Positions 51,991-64,000 of a stretch of 64,000 bases of DNA are shown one piece after another. The DNA is from Octopus sinensis (taxonomy: Eukaryota). The translations under genes and the position numbers were made by a program. Position 1 is the stretch's first letter. Each line of letters begins with the position of its first letter. The stretch covers positions 1 to 64,000 of the forward strand of contig NW_021833647.1 of NCBI RefSeq assembly GCF_006345805.1, written 5' to 3'. The notes under the pieces were generated by a model, which worked only from the letters and a program-made list of their open reading frames with translations, did not search any database and was not told the origin of the DNA.

Positions 51991-54147
51991 CTTGACAGCG
52001 CCATCAGAAGAATTTGCGTAAAAATATTAACTATTTAGTTAAGTTTTTCGTAAGCTAGAATTTATTTTCTGTATGCCTCTTTTTCCAAATATTTTTTATT
52101 ATACAAAATAATTTTTTAAATATAACCAAGGAGGAAAAACGAAACTGAAGAAAAAACGGTCAGCTTAATAAGGTAATTAATTAAATCTTTTTTGTGTGTC
52201 GCTTTTTTGCCTGCCGCATCTCTGCCTGCCGCATCTTCTCTTGCCGCATTTCTGCCTGCCCCATTTCCGCCAGTGGTTTGTCTAATCAAGGTCACTAAGC
52301 TAAATCTCCGGACTATAAAGGCTTTTAAGCATTATCTTAATTGCTGTTAAAAAAAATAGACAGGTTGTTGCCGTGGCGGCAGAGATTTTTTTTGTTTATA
52401 CTATTTTCACAAATTTTTAAAGTTTTTTTTGTTTTTTTTTATTTTTTTGTTTTTAAATTATTTATTTTTATTTGTTTTTTTTATTTTTTTGTTATTTTCT
52501 AAAAATTCAACCGGATTGAATTTTTAAACTCCTTAGATCCCTCTGGAATGCCGAATCATCTTTTAAAGTTAAAGATAGGCGTTCCAGTGGTTTTATTACG
52601 AAATTATGCAACGGAACGAGGTTAGTTATCAAATTTGATGGCTAACGTAATAGAGGCGACGATATTAACAGGTAAGTATAGAGGTGAGGATGTTTATATT
52701 CCACGATTCCGATAATTTATGATGAATTACCATTTAGATTTAAAAGGCTGCAATTTCCTTTGAGGATGAGTTTTGCAATGACAATAAACAAGGCCCAGGG
52801 ACAGTCATTAAAGGTAGTTGGGTTATTTTTAGAGAGTGAGTGCTTTTCACTTGGACAGCTGTATGTGGGATGCTCGAGGGTAGGCAGAAGAGAAAATTTA
52901 TTCATATATGCCAAGGAAGGACGGACGACAAACATCGTTTATCAACAGGCGATAGAATAGGGTTACATTAAACCAGGTAGTTTTATACATCTACATAAAC
53001 TTATAGTTGTTTTGATGAAACAGGCCCTCCGCAGGAGCTATGTCGCGGTGAGCGAAGCGAGCTGCCGAGCTAGTACTAAATAACAGATTCTTTGATTATC
53101 AAGTCTAAATAATATTTCAATATTCGAAAAAAAATATATTGCTGTGACAGACAGTTTTAAAAAAAATTAAAATCAAAATAAATTTTAGTCAGACTTAATA
53201 ATCAGAACCCTTAGTTTGCAGACAACTCGTGCATTTCAAAATATTCAGGATATGATGATGACCCTCTTCAACAGTAAATCTAAAAATCACATAAATTCAT
53301 TATTTGGATTAAGTCGCATCATTAATGGATGCATATAAATTGTTTCTTTTGTAATTTTTATCCAAATAACTATACCATTTTTTAAGTTTGGCAATTACGA
53401 ATTTCCAATTGCAACCGCAAAAAATCGAATTTTCAAATGCAAACTTTAAATTGCAACCGCAAAAATCAATTTTCAAGTACAACTTCTAATTTGCCAATTA
53501 CGAAAATCAATTTTGCATATAAAAAATTTTTCGTCTAAATACATCAAAAATTGTTTTAGATGACTGAAGAAACAAGATATTGGTAATATGGTGCTTAAAC
53601 AAAAAAATAATTGAAACACATGAACGTTTTGGTGATTGGAAGTTTCTATGTTCTTTTTAGAGTGAGTTTGAGAACAGCTTATAATTGGATTTAAAATAAA
53701 GATTATGAAAGATATCCAAAGGAGATAAAATACATTCAAAAAATCAAATAATTATAAATGAATTATATGCTGAATTGAAACTGATCCTCAGATCACTTTG
53801 AAAGAATGTGCGGAAAAATACGAAATAATTATTCATGTATATGTTTCTTAAAACAGTAAAAAGTTTAGATCTATCAATGCACTTACCATAAAATTTTGTT
53901 GCAACTAACCGGGTATGGTGTTATTAAAAACAATCTTTTTGTATAGAAAATTTAAAAATAATCGCTGCCTCAGCCAAGCGGACTCGTGAGCATCCATTTT
54001 ATCTTTTGTTAGCTTTTTTTGAAATGTTTGATTAGCTGTAATTTTAATAAAATTGATTAATAGATTCTGATTAGTATAAATAAATACACTTTCATTTTTC
54101 GCTCGTTATTAAAATTATCATTCAGCCGAAAAAGGACATTCTTTAGA

Positions 54148-54750
54148 CCAGGGTTTCTTAACAGGGGGTACATGTCCCTAGGGGGTACGCGGAACATTTT
54201 TCAATTTGTTATGATTAAGATGATTTTAATAATTTAATATATTTTGATAGCATTTCTTTTCGTTTTTCCTTGTTTCCAATAATATTCCCTGGACTAAAGT
54301 TGGGTCGATATGCACCGTGGACTAATCTGCCATGCTCGGACATCGATCTGGTTTTATTGCACTGATTAAGGATGTCGCACCTCATATTATCGCAAACCAT
54401 TGTGCAATACATAATTATGCTCTTGCTGTAAAGACGATGCCTCAAGAATAGAAAATTGTTCTTGATTGACCGTAAAGTCAGTTAATTTGATTCGTGCGAG
54501 GGCGACTAATCATAGCCTTTTTAAATTATTATGCGAAGAAATGGGAACAGAACATTCAGTACTAATTTTCCACAATGAAGTTCGGTGGTTGTCAAGAGGA
54601 AGGGTGCTTAAACTGGTTGCCGAACTAATTGGTGCAGTCACTACTTTTTTGCAAAAAATAAATAATATAGAACTCGCCAATATGTTCGCAGATTATGCCT
54701 TCAAACAAAAGTTATTTTATCTTATCCAACAACATACTTATGCGAAACTG
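54148..54750 (+). mobile_element. hAT left end and internal transposase fragment
   Basis: CAGGGTTTCTTAAC terminus; LCEEMGTEH..HNEVRWLSRGRVL. Confidence 0.75.
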
Positions 54751-55385
54751 CGATGTCTTGTTTATCATTTATTAAAAATAAATCTTGTAATCGATTGAAA
54801 GTTGGAGTAAAAGAGGTAAAAGTTGTAGAGAGATTTCCAATTTGCAGATATTACCCCAAAGTACTGTTTGGAATATTATTACCCGATGGAAACAATACGG
54901 AACTGTCATTAATCGACCAAGATCAGGTGCTCCAAAGAAAATAACTCAACGTTCTTGCTCATTAATGAAAAGAATATTCGGTACAAAACCAAGAATTACT
55001 CAAAAAGAATTGGCTGATAATTTAAATAATACAGGAACATTGGTATCCCTTCGTACAATTACTTCTACACTACCCAATGAAGGTATTAATAAACTAAGGC
55101 CCGTCGTGTTCCGTTATTAAAAAAATACATTTTTTGCGCGAATTAAATATGCCAAATATCCTTTAAATTAAAAAATTGAATTCATAAACAATATTTTATG
55201 GTCGGATGAATCAAAAATACAACATTTTGACTAAACTACACGCTTTCAATTTGGCGTAAATCCAATCAAGCGTATAACCAAAAATGCACCATACCCACCA
55301 TGAAGCACGGGGTGGAAGTATCATGCTGTAGGGCTTTTTTTCATCAACAGGGGTCAGCGAATTATTTGTAATAGATGGAATAATC
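54750..55385 (+). mobile_element. Tc1 (Tcb1-like) transposase fragment
   Basis: PQSTV..RSGAPKKIT, ILWSDESK, PTMKHGGGSIML(*)G. Confidence 0.85.
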
Positions 55386-55609
55386 GAAATGACTTTTTTT
55401 CCCTTAATAAATTGACTTTTTCAAAAAATGGCTAATTATTGCAGTATAAATAACTCAAGTTAGTATAATTCGTAAAAAACTGTGAAAACTCAGTTCTTTG
55501 AACAAATTGCCCACACATATTATAAATTAGTCTTTAATCATTATTTTAAACCCCTTGTGAGGTAAAACCTAAACTGATTAAGGAGATGCAAATTTTTTTT
55601 CTACATGCA

Positions 55610-56020
55610 TCATCAAGAAATCATCCCACTCTATTCAAATGCTTGAGTAAACTTAAAGTGAGGTCATCGAGTCCTCATAATGGCTAAAATATGCTGAACT
55701 TCTCGGTCAGCAAAGAAATGCTATGCATGGTGCATGACTGAAACTAATACAATCACCTGGCTACTGAGCTCTATCTGATCCAAGAAGTGAATGTTAAGAT
55801 AGTTCCCCTCGTTCTAATCTTGGACGGAATTGTTTCATGTTATTACAAATATTACATAGATTTGATAGAGATTGATTTCTCGGTGAGAATCTTTATCCAG
55901 TTTGTTGTCCTGAGAAAGGCCTTGAAAAACATGATGGCAGAATTTAAGCACAGAGATTGGACTGAAGTAACTGAGCATACCCAATTGGACATCACATTCA
56001 TGGATAAAGAGAACACCTAG
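55610..56020 (+). mobile_element. NeSL/Utopia-like REL C-terminal fragment
   Basis: LATEL..VKIVPLVL.LDGIVS.Y.K.Y...IQ.VVLRK.L resembles an REL C-terminus. Confidence 0.6.
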
Positions 56021-56118
56021 GTCTACCTCAGGATAGCACAGCCCCGAAGTGAAGGAGTAAAAAACACGAAATAGAGAATAGGCCATAAAAATGAATATTG
56101 TTCAGAAAATTTTAAAAT

Positions 56119-56119
<1 letters not shown>

Positions 56120-56171
<52 letters not shown>
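56120..56171 (+). repeat. Poly(T)52 run at the TE-zone/gene-zone boundary
   Basis: Read directly; preceded by a ~35-bp stub of the unclassified element start (TTCAGAAAATTTTAAAA). Confidence 0.9.
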
Positions 56172-56281
56172 CTTAGGTTGATTAAAAAACTGAATAATAA
56201 TAACTAAATTAATAAAATAGAAATTAGATTATAATTTTTTAAAAATAAACTCATCAAAAATTTTGTCAAGGATACACAAAC

Positions 56282-56971
56282 ATGCGAAATGTGAATGAAT
56301 TCGAAGAAGACTTTAAACCTTGCATGTCTTGTGGTAGAACTTTCATGAGCTCTTCACTTGTTAAACAAACTAAAAAAATATTTTTAGAACAGACATCAAT
56401 CAATTTGTGCAAAAAATACTAAAAAACGAAAAATTTTTGATTCAAGCAAACAAAGACTTGCAAATACTGATTTTAAAACTTCAAATGCTGTTAAAACACT
56501 TCCATTTGGAAAAACAAGAGTTTTAATTTTATTAAATAATTAAAAATTTCAGACATTTCAGCCTCCAAAATCAAATTGGCGAGAAGCCCATAATTCGTTT
56601 ATTTCAGCTATAAGATCTGCAAGACAATATACAGATGCCTCTAATAAAGGAATTCCCTTGCCTACATACAAACCCTCTCCCGTCCCTTCTGGTAAATTAT
56701 ATTGTTTGAAATTATTTTAGATTATGTAAATTGTCAATATTGTAATCGAAATTTCAATAAAAAAGCTGCAGAAAGGCATATTTCATTTTGTAAAGAACAA
56801 AAAATGCGATTACCCATAAATCAAACTGTAAAAGAAAAAAGGGCATCAATTGGGCTGGCTCAGAGAACACAGGTATATTATTTTATATTGATTATGTAGT
56901 ATCAACCCCCTAAACCAACTTCAAGAAGATCTCTTCCTAATAGTCAGATTAAAACAACTAAATTAAAATAG
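56282..56971 (+). CDS. ZC2HC1A: Zinc finger C2HC domain-containing protein 1A-like, 5 exons
   Basis: Spliced ORF is intact: CMSCGRTF..L|NRHQSIC..KRKIFDSSKQR..NWREAH..FI.AIRSA..DYVNCQYCNRNFNKKAAERHISFCKEQ; four 27-33 nt GT-AG introns; TAG stop. Confidence 0.88.
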
Positions 56972-57512
56972 ATTTTCCTCTTTATTTAATATTAATATAA
57001 GTTAATTTGTGATTTATGAATCGATGAACAGACAATTTCTGTTAATTGGATGATTTTGAAAAAATGAATCTTAATTTTTGGTATGTCTTTTAACATCCAA
57101 ATTGGCGAGAAAATACTAAAACAATTTTTTTCCTGGCTATCCACAAATATCAAAAAAAAGACCAAAAAACCTCAGAATTCTTAAATCTTACAATAAAGAT
57201 TGTTAAAGTACAGGAAATGACTTGTTTTTGCTTAATCGGCTATTAAATGACGAAATGGCATTTTAAATCACTATTTTAGATTCAAATTGAAGCTGTACTA
57301 ATTACTTGAAGATATAAAATCCTTTAGTTGAAATTGAAATTTTTAGATTGAATATTTTGCAAGGCCATTTCGTAACACTGATCGTGTTTGAACACTTTGT
57401 TTTTGGTGGTGTTTAAGAAATGAGGTTAATTGAAACAAAATTGGAACTGGAAGAAGTAGTTATCCTGGATAAATATTAACAGTATTCTTTAAAAAATTAC
57501 TAGAAAGCAGTA

Positions 57513-57710
57513 CAGTCTTCCCTGTTTTTGGGGACCCAGATGAAGGGGTTTTTTAATATTAACAAAAAAATTAACGTTTTGTTTGTTTAAAACCATAAAG
57601 ATCTTCATTTAACAATTTTAATTTAAAAATTTTAATCTGTAGTCTTTACTTGTTAAGAAATGATTCGTTATATTTTTTTCGAATTTGAAGTTTTTAATTA
57701 ATCGATTCAT
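57513..57710. mobile_element. Fragment of the Tigger-type MITE seen at 11213
   Basis: TA|CAGTC start; colinear with 11213-11430. Confidence 0.7.
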
Positions 57711-57899
57711 TTTTAACTTTTTAAAGTGAATATATTTTAAGTGACAAATTATTTAAAAAATAATTGGGAAAAATTATTTTAATCGTATCAACCAAAACAT
57801 AAAGGAATTGTACTCAAATGAACACATAACGAATTCCAGGGCGAATTTATAAGTTTAAATAAAACCTATTTAAAATCTTACTGGAATAAGCAAATAAAG

Positions 57900-60800
57900 T
57901 TGTCAAGATATAAGAAAAATCATAATTTTACAAAATCAAAATAGAAAATGATTCTGCAGTAAGCGAGAACATTTTTCAAGACAATCACAAATACTCTTTT
58001 TCGAAATATCCCCGAGATAAACATGTTTTCCAATGAACGTCTGAACTTAAAGAGAATAATACTTGGACGACCGGCTTGATTCTGATCTGTCACAAGACCC
58101 AAACACATTTTAATATTTTCAAATACATTCTGTGCCAATTGGCTCTCCAAAAAAACATCCCAAAACGACCTCTTATCAACAATGGAGAAAAGAATATCAA
58201 AAGCAGTCAAAATCTAAGACATTAACCAGTCACTTCATACGGCTTCCAATTTTTCCAACACAAACAACCGGAAGTCATCACTTTGGAGAGAAATAACGAC
58301 GCTGCACAACAATCCTCCCAAGTGTTCAAAGAACTGAGGCAGTAAAGACGGCATTGGAGCATCCAACAACTATACTAATCAAAAGAAATACACCAATTCG
58401 ACATTCTCCTTGCAAAAAGTGCAAAACTCCTTGTTCAGTAAACACATATTATCGGGATTGAGTACAGCAATCAGGTAGTTGTAGAAAGAAACGGACTCAA
58501 TCTTATGAATTAACAAGTAAACCTACCAATTCTGGTTGTTTACTGACCAGGCTACTCCAAAATGTCGCGAATGGGAAATAATGGACTCCTATACTTTCCA
58601 ATGACACACAAACAGCTAACAATTAGCCAAACTAATTATCAGACCAAGCTTAACGACTGTGCTTTGGGCAGAGAAATCTGTCAGCAGCCTCAACACAAAG
58701 TCATAGTATGGGTAATAAAAGAATTTGCACATATCCTCGGGGTGATTATTCTGTAATAGACCAACAAGATAAACTAACAAATTCGTCGGTAGATCGACTA
58801 AATATCATCCCAAACGTCGGAACTGGCAAGTTTGTCCTCTTCTTTGGCTCAGGACCGGAATAAAGTAAAAATTCATCACGCCGGTTGTGGAGATCCAGAA
58901 GTAACTTAGCGAGATAATCAACAAATTCAATTTGGTACAAATCAACAACATGCTGCAACATTTCTAGAATGTAAAAAATGCAATACCGAGTGTGGATGAT
59001 CGGATTGTGGCAGAAGTATACCCACTGAGTAGGTTAACGCACATTGCGACTAAATTCTGATCCCCGCGAAACAAAATATCCATATAATCCTCATCTGTAA
59101 ATATCAAAATGTGGAACAAACCGCAAAAGTCTACCATTTCCTTGATTACAACAAGTGAATCAGAAAACAGAGAAATTATCTTTAGCAACCCCTCAGCCTC
59201 GCCGGATTTAGAGTGAAAGTACACGTCCCTGGCGTCACTAAACATCTGAAGATGAAAAATCTGAGACAAACCTTAAAAATCTTCATTAGGCCTCCATTAT
59301 TCAAAAACAACTTGAGATTCGCGTTCGTAGTGAAGAGAATATCGGAAAATCTATTATTCTGCACAACCGAGGACACCTTATAAACATAGCCCACACTTGC
59401 TTTGAGGCATATATAGGCAGGATGGTGGTGGTCATGTAAATTATAAATTCATTAAATTGGCAACTGTCAGTGCATTGTTGAGGATAGTCAACAGTTAGTA
59501 GAATCACGAGATAACATAGTTCGTCAATGGCCTGGATCAGATCAATTCATCAAACCTCAGGATATGACATGAGAGGGACAATTATCTGGTAAAGTAACCG
59601 AACTGCCATTGATTGAGCCAACAACACAGCCACAGTCTCAGATTTCTCGGCAAAAAGCAACAATAGTCGACAATAGCGGTGAATAAAAAACAAATTAAAC
59701 TCGACTTGATTCGAGTCATCCTCGTTAATTCTACGAATAATCACGAAGAGTGGACAGAATGTTGCATTGGTCAATAGTGGTGCAGAGCAAAGGACACTGG
59801 AGAGCACGAATGACATTAGTCGGACAATCAGTGCAAATATGCACCCAATACACCACGATTGCACATTTGGAGTAGTCACAGGGCATTTCAGAGTGGAATA
59901 TATCAGGATATAATAAATCATATAATATAGTTGTATATTCCGTGGACTACATATTGAATATAATCCATACCATTTCCTTCTCTACTCTCGTCACTGAGAA
60001 ATAGGTGAGCAGATTAAAGTAATAAAACAAAAACTCGTAATTGGTTTCTACAAATTAGACATTCGTACTACTCGATATGTTTTTCACGAATTGCATGTAT
60101 TGGACAAGATTTGTCAAAATTGTATGCAGTGACAAAATACATTCCTGAGGAAGGGCAGTCGAATACGAACACATTTCTTCGTAATTGAACTGCGATATGA
60201 ACTCGGGACACCCCACGAGAGTAACCAGACACCTCGCAGTCACTACTCAATCAGAAACACAACCAATACATTGCACAACAGTAATATTCTCGTGGGAAAG
60301 ACAATGTTCAATCACAAAACCACTATTCTTCACTACAAAATCCGTCAAACTGACAAATTTGTTCCCGTGAATATTGATCCACTTAATCACCTGAATTGGG
60401 TTAGCCCTGAGACAGTCAAGTAGATTGGGAATGACAACTTCATCCACCATATTTTTATCAAATTCTAGACTAATTATAACCAATTAACCCGATAGATAAG
60501 TAATGAAAGAAAACACATCGAAAATATACGATCGGAGTCCCTTCACAAATCCGTCCAACATATTCTTAGTCAAATCCCAAACGGCGGGAAGCTTTTTGAC
60601 CAGCAAAACAAAAATATCCGCCACGATCTCCAGGTTCTGTCCCGTCTTGATCAGGGTTGACAAAAAAGTACTCTCCTAAGTAGACAAGTCAGAAAGCCCA
60701 ATACATTCAAATCGGATGCCAAGCGCTGGACAGCCTGAGTAGTTATACATTCCGCGTTGTCTTTGAATGTCATGAATATTAATTTAATCATAATAGTCAG

Positions 60801-63800
60801 AGTTTCGTTCACACAGGCAACAACTTCCTCGGTGACTTGACTCTGTCGTGATAAAATGGGAGACATACAATCCTTTCCTCCAACGCTGCGTGATAAAATG
60901 AATAATATTTTATTAGAGCTGGCATCAAGTCTAATCTGAGGAACAAAAGGGTTAAGCCATCCTCATGTGCAATTCTGTACACAAGACATATCAAATTGGA
61001 TAAATTGGGACTTGTCATATCAATCAGATCAATCTACAGCACATAAACAAGCAAGAGAACTGTAATAATAAAAAACTTGACAAGTCCATTTTCCTGATTA
61101 AGTTCATTACTGGAATTAGTATAAAGAAGGCAACCTCTGATTGTAAAACTGTGAGCGTTGTCTTGGAATAAGAAATAAAATAATATTCGATATAAATTCA
61201 ACAAATGTCTAGAGGGTGAAAAGAGAAATCAACTTGTCGAATATGTCCAACATTGCAATAGACCGAATGTCTGGCGATCCACCTCGGAACAGATACAAAA
61301 TAATCGAAAAACGACTAAAAATCTGCAAACAACCCCACCTCGGCTATACGTGGATTGGTAGAATATGCATTTTGCACTTTTAGACAAAAATGAAGCAAAT
61401 AATGTTCAGCAGTCGAATGTGTCAAAATGTCAAAAAGAAATGAAACAAAGACTGGGCTGACACAGGAGGAGTAGTTTGTTTGATTCTGCAATGGAGGAGA
61501 AAAACAAATTTTCTCAACAAAACTAGCAGATTTAAATAAATGAACTGACAGAAAGTAATCGTGTTCGAATAACAATACTTCTCTATCCAGCACTTTATTA
61601 TCATTCCAAACGAACTAGAAAGGTATGAAAAGTTCAACCTCCACCAAATCAGAATATTGTCTATTTTCTGTTGGAGGATCCGTTAGAACAAGAGCATCAA
61701 CGGATTGACCGACTTTCTTATAGAAAAGCATATAAGCGTTGTTGCCCTAAGAGTGGAGGATTAAGCCAACTTTAATAGCGGAGCCTCCCATTCCCCCATA
61801 ACACTCATTAGGAATGTCATTAGGGTTGAAAATGGTCACTGTTGAGTCGTTGAATGAATACCACTGAAAGGGGTGAGTCAATTCTTTGATAAAGCAGTAG
61901 TAGTGGCCCGCTTCCGAATTCCCAGAATGAACAGTAACCCCTATCAATTCAAATTGAATGTCTTCACACGTCCCTATCTGATCTGACAAATAAACAGAAA
62001 GCCCAACCCTCTAAAAGATTTGATTGCATGTATTTGGACATGTCCAGAATGAGGGGGAAGGAGAAATGACTGTTAATCTTTTTTCGACTCATATTCGTCA
62101 CGTCGAATGCATATCGCATCGTGTTTATACACAAAATGTTTGGCAGTCGTTGGAAACAGGCTCTCTTCTGAGCTCGTACTTTTTTATCACACGGATCACA
62201 CGTGTACATATTAGCGCCCTCCAACATGTCTACTTGAGTAAACTTGTCCAGTGATTGCTAATTGTAGTAGATTATTATACATATAAGTTTTCGACATCCA
62301 TGACCTGACATTCAATGTTATAAAACTCTTCATGCCGAATACTCACGTGAGGACAGTCCTAAGCAAATAGAGTACTCGACACAACCAGCGATACGATCGA
62401 ATTGGAAATGGTCCCGCAAAACATTTTCTTGACACATTCGTTCTAATTTAGTTAATATCGACGTACCAGAGATGGGCACATGCATTCCATTTTTGTCAGG
62501 AGGTCGTTGAATATCTCAGTCATATCCTTCGGGTCGTACACATTCAGGGGCATATTCTCGTATATATAAGCCTTACATAAATTGACAATATTACAAGACT
62601 TTCTCCAACTCTCCTGCCAAATTTCCAATAAAACTGACCTCTAAAATTACAAACGTCCTCTGCAAATCTCGGAACAAAGCATAATATTTATTTACTGGCG
62701 CAACGGACGCCGCATAAATAGCATTTCTGATGGCGGGAATCATAAACAAATGCTGCAACGTCGAGGCCAGATAACACGTCGACCCAGAATTATCAATTCC
62801 CGAATATGGGACTACTCTCCTTTGCTGTTGGTCAGAACATATCCCCCAAAGTGTCGAAGGACATGCTAAGCAGTGAGAGCTAACACGTAACCTGGATCAT
62901 TATGAATTGACCTGAGTTTATCACACACTGTTGCAAAGAAATCGCCACTCTTAGGAATCTGCCAAGCCAGGAGAGTGAAGGCAAGCAGACGACTTGACCT
63001 ACTTCTGCATTTTGGAACATTTTTGACGTCTTTTGTGGGAAAAGTAAAGACCAGTTCCATTAGTCTTGAAATAAATTCCTATTTTTCGTATTTAAAAAAG
63101 ACCTTCGAGCTGAATCAATCTTCAAAATGGAGATGTTTAATTAATTTGCAAGCCAAACCGAGAAGATGGGCAAGTCGGGGATCTTCTTCAGCATAGACTG
63201 AAGCCGTAAAGTCCATCTCCATGAGTGTATTAACCACTTTAAAAGAAAGATCCGAATATTCCAGTAATACATCCATAGCCTATAATAAATATAGTGAATG
63301 ATGCCTTCAATTCCGGAATAAGTTTGTCAAAAAAGAAAAAATAGCTTGTACAGGAGCTTGTGCATCTCTCCGCGGAAGACATGTCAGTATTCTCGATAGT
63401 ATACAACTGTGTTCAATAATAATAAGTTATACAATTTCCGGCCGGTCTTCCAAAACAATTTCCCATGAATTGACCAAACTGTCGAAAATAGCAGTCAGCC
63501 AACAGTTATTCTTTTTCCTTGCATCCTCCAACGCCAAATAATATAAATAAAACGCCCAGTCGACGCTGTCGTAATTCTACCAATTCACCCAACCCTCAAC
63601 CTTCACCAAAACTTGTACAAATCGCTCAAATGAAGGATCATTGGGGAAAATAGTGACGACTGGATGATACCGTTCACCTGAAGTGAGTACCATTACCATC
63701 ATTTTTAGGGCCAGGGAAGAGACGGAAGCACAGTGTTCCCACTCATCAGTCCTAGTGATAATCCACATCGATGTACTTCTTTTTCAAAAGATAATAGACA

Positions 63801-64000
63801 ATTTCGGCCATTCTCTGAATGAACTGTTCCCTGTCGTGATCATCGATTAGACTCTATTATATCATTTCCAAATAAAGAACCGCCAGTTCAAGATGAGTAA
63901 ATAAAACAATGTTCTCCTCACTGTCTTGGCTTGGTTCTTTATTCGACACAAACATGGCTGAAATCAAAATCTCCACGACTGGCAACAAGTAAGACAGAAC
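57900..64000 (-). CDS. USP34: Ubiquitin C-terminal hydrolase 34 orthologue (5' end outside window; 3' end approximate), many mini-introns
   Basis: Cys box GIDNSGSTCYLASTLQHLFMIP; KDMTE; LEGANMYTC..CDKKVRAQKRACF..NTMRY..HFSFPL.LDM; His box LIGVTVHSG...GHYY..FND. Introns at 62614-62638, 62443-62466, 62359-62385 and 62258-62280 splice in frame. Confidence 0.93.

Larger units (their letters stand above)
50648..53073 (+). mobile_element. Non-autonomous Helitron with internal satellite and Pif1 helicase C-terminus (52510-52960)
   Basis: Putative A|TC start; EFLNSL..GMP.H.L.LKIG.PV.LLRN..CNGTRL..QFP...FAMTINKAQGQSL..GQLYVGCSRV; 3' GAGCGAAGCGAG hairpin region and CTAG|T. The 5' boundary is less certain. 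Confidence 0.8.

Noticed and set aside
26828-56971. TAG stop-codon reassignment
   Set aside because: ZC2HC1A and OSTF1 end in TAG, and in-frame TAGs occur only in otherwise damaged sequences.
35155-57235. Recurrent AAATGACTTGTT word (35155, 35355, 57215)
   Set aside because: Too short and too few occurrences to separate from repeat remnants or chance.

Overview
AT-rich animal nuclear DNA with miniature GT-AG spliceosomal introns, mostly 22-29 nt, in every host gene checked. The host genes are an innexin, an Lhx1/5-type LIM-homeobox gene, OSTF1, an EGFR-like fragment, ZC2HC1A and USP34. The intron size suggests a dicyemid mesozoan or a similarly reduced parasite; this is inference and was not verified. 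About 1-56 kb is a dense patchwork of nested and truncated transposons: about 12 CRE-type REL non-LTR fragments (one near full length with a PHD finger), APE-type LINE RT fragments, NeSL/Utopia-like fragments, hATs, Tigger/pogo, Tc1/IS630, a Ginger2-like element, a Helitron with a satellite, and a MITE carrying telomere-like repeats. Damaged host-gene copies lie among them. 56-64 kb is compact and holds apparently intact genes. Main leads: (1) an unclassified ~350-380 bp non-coding element in 5 diverged copies with a CACGTG box ~150-157 bp from a TTTTCCGA block, occurring as two convergent pairs, one enclosing the innexin; (2) host-style 22-27 nt introns needed to restore ORFs in unrelated DNA transposons; (3) telomere-like arrays in chromosome-end orientation around one copy of the element; (4) a twin-priming CRE insertion; (5) replacement of an innexin exon by a 58-bp sequence identical to one 12 kb away. 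All calls come from manual reading; no searches were run.
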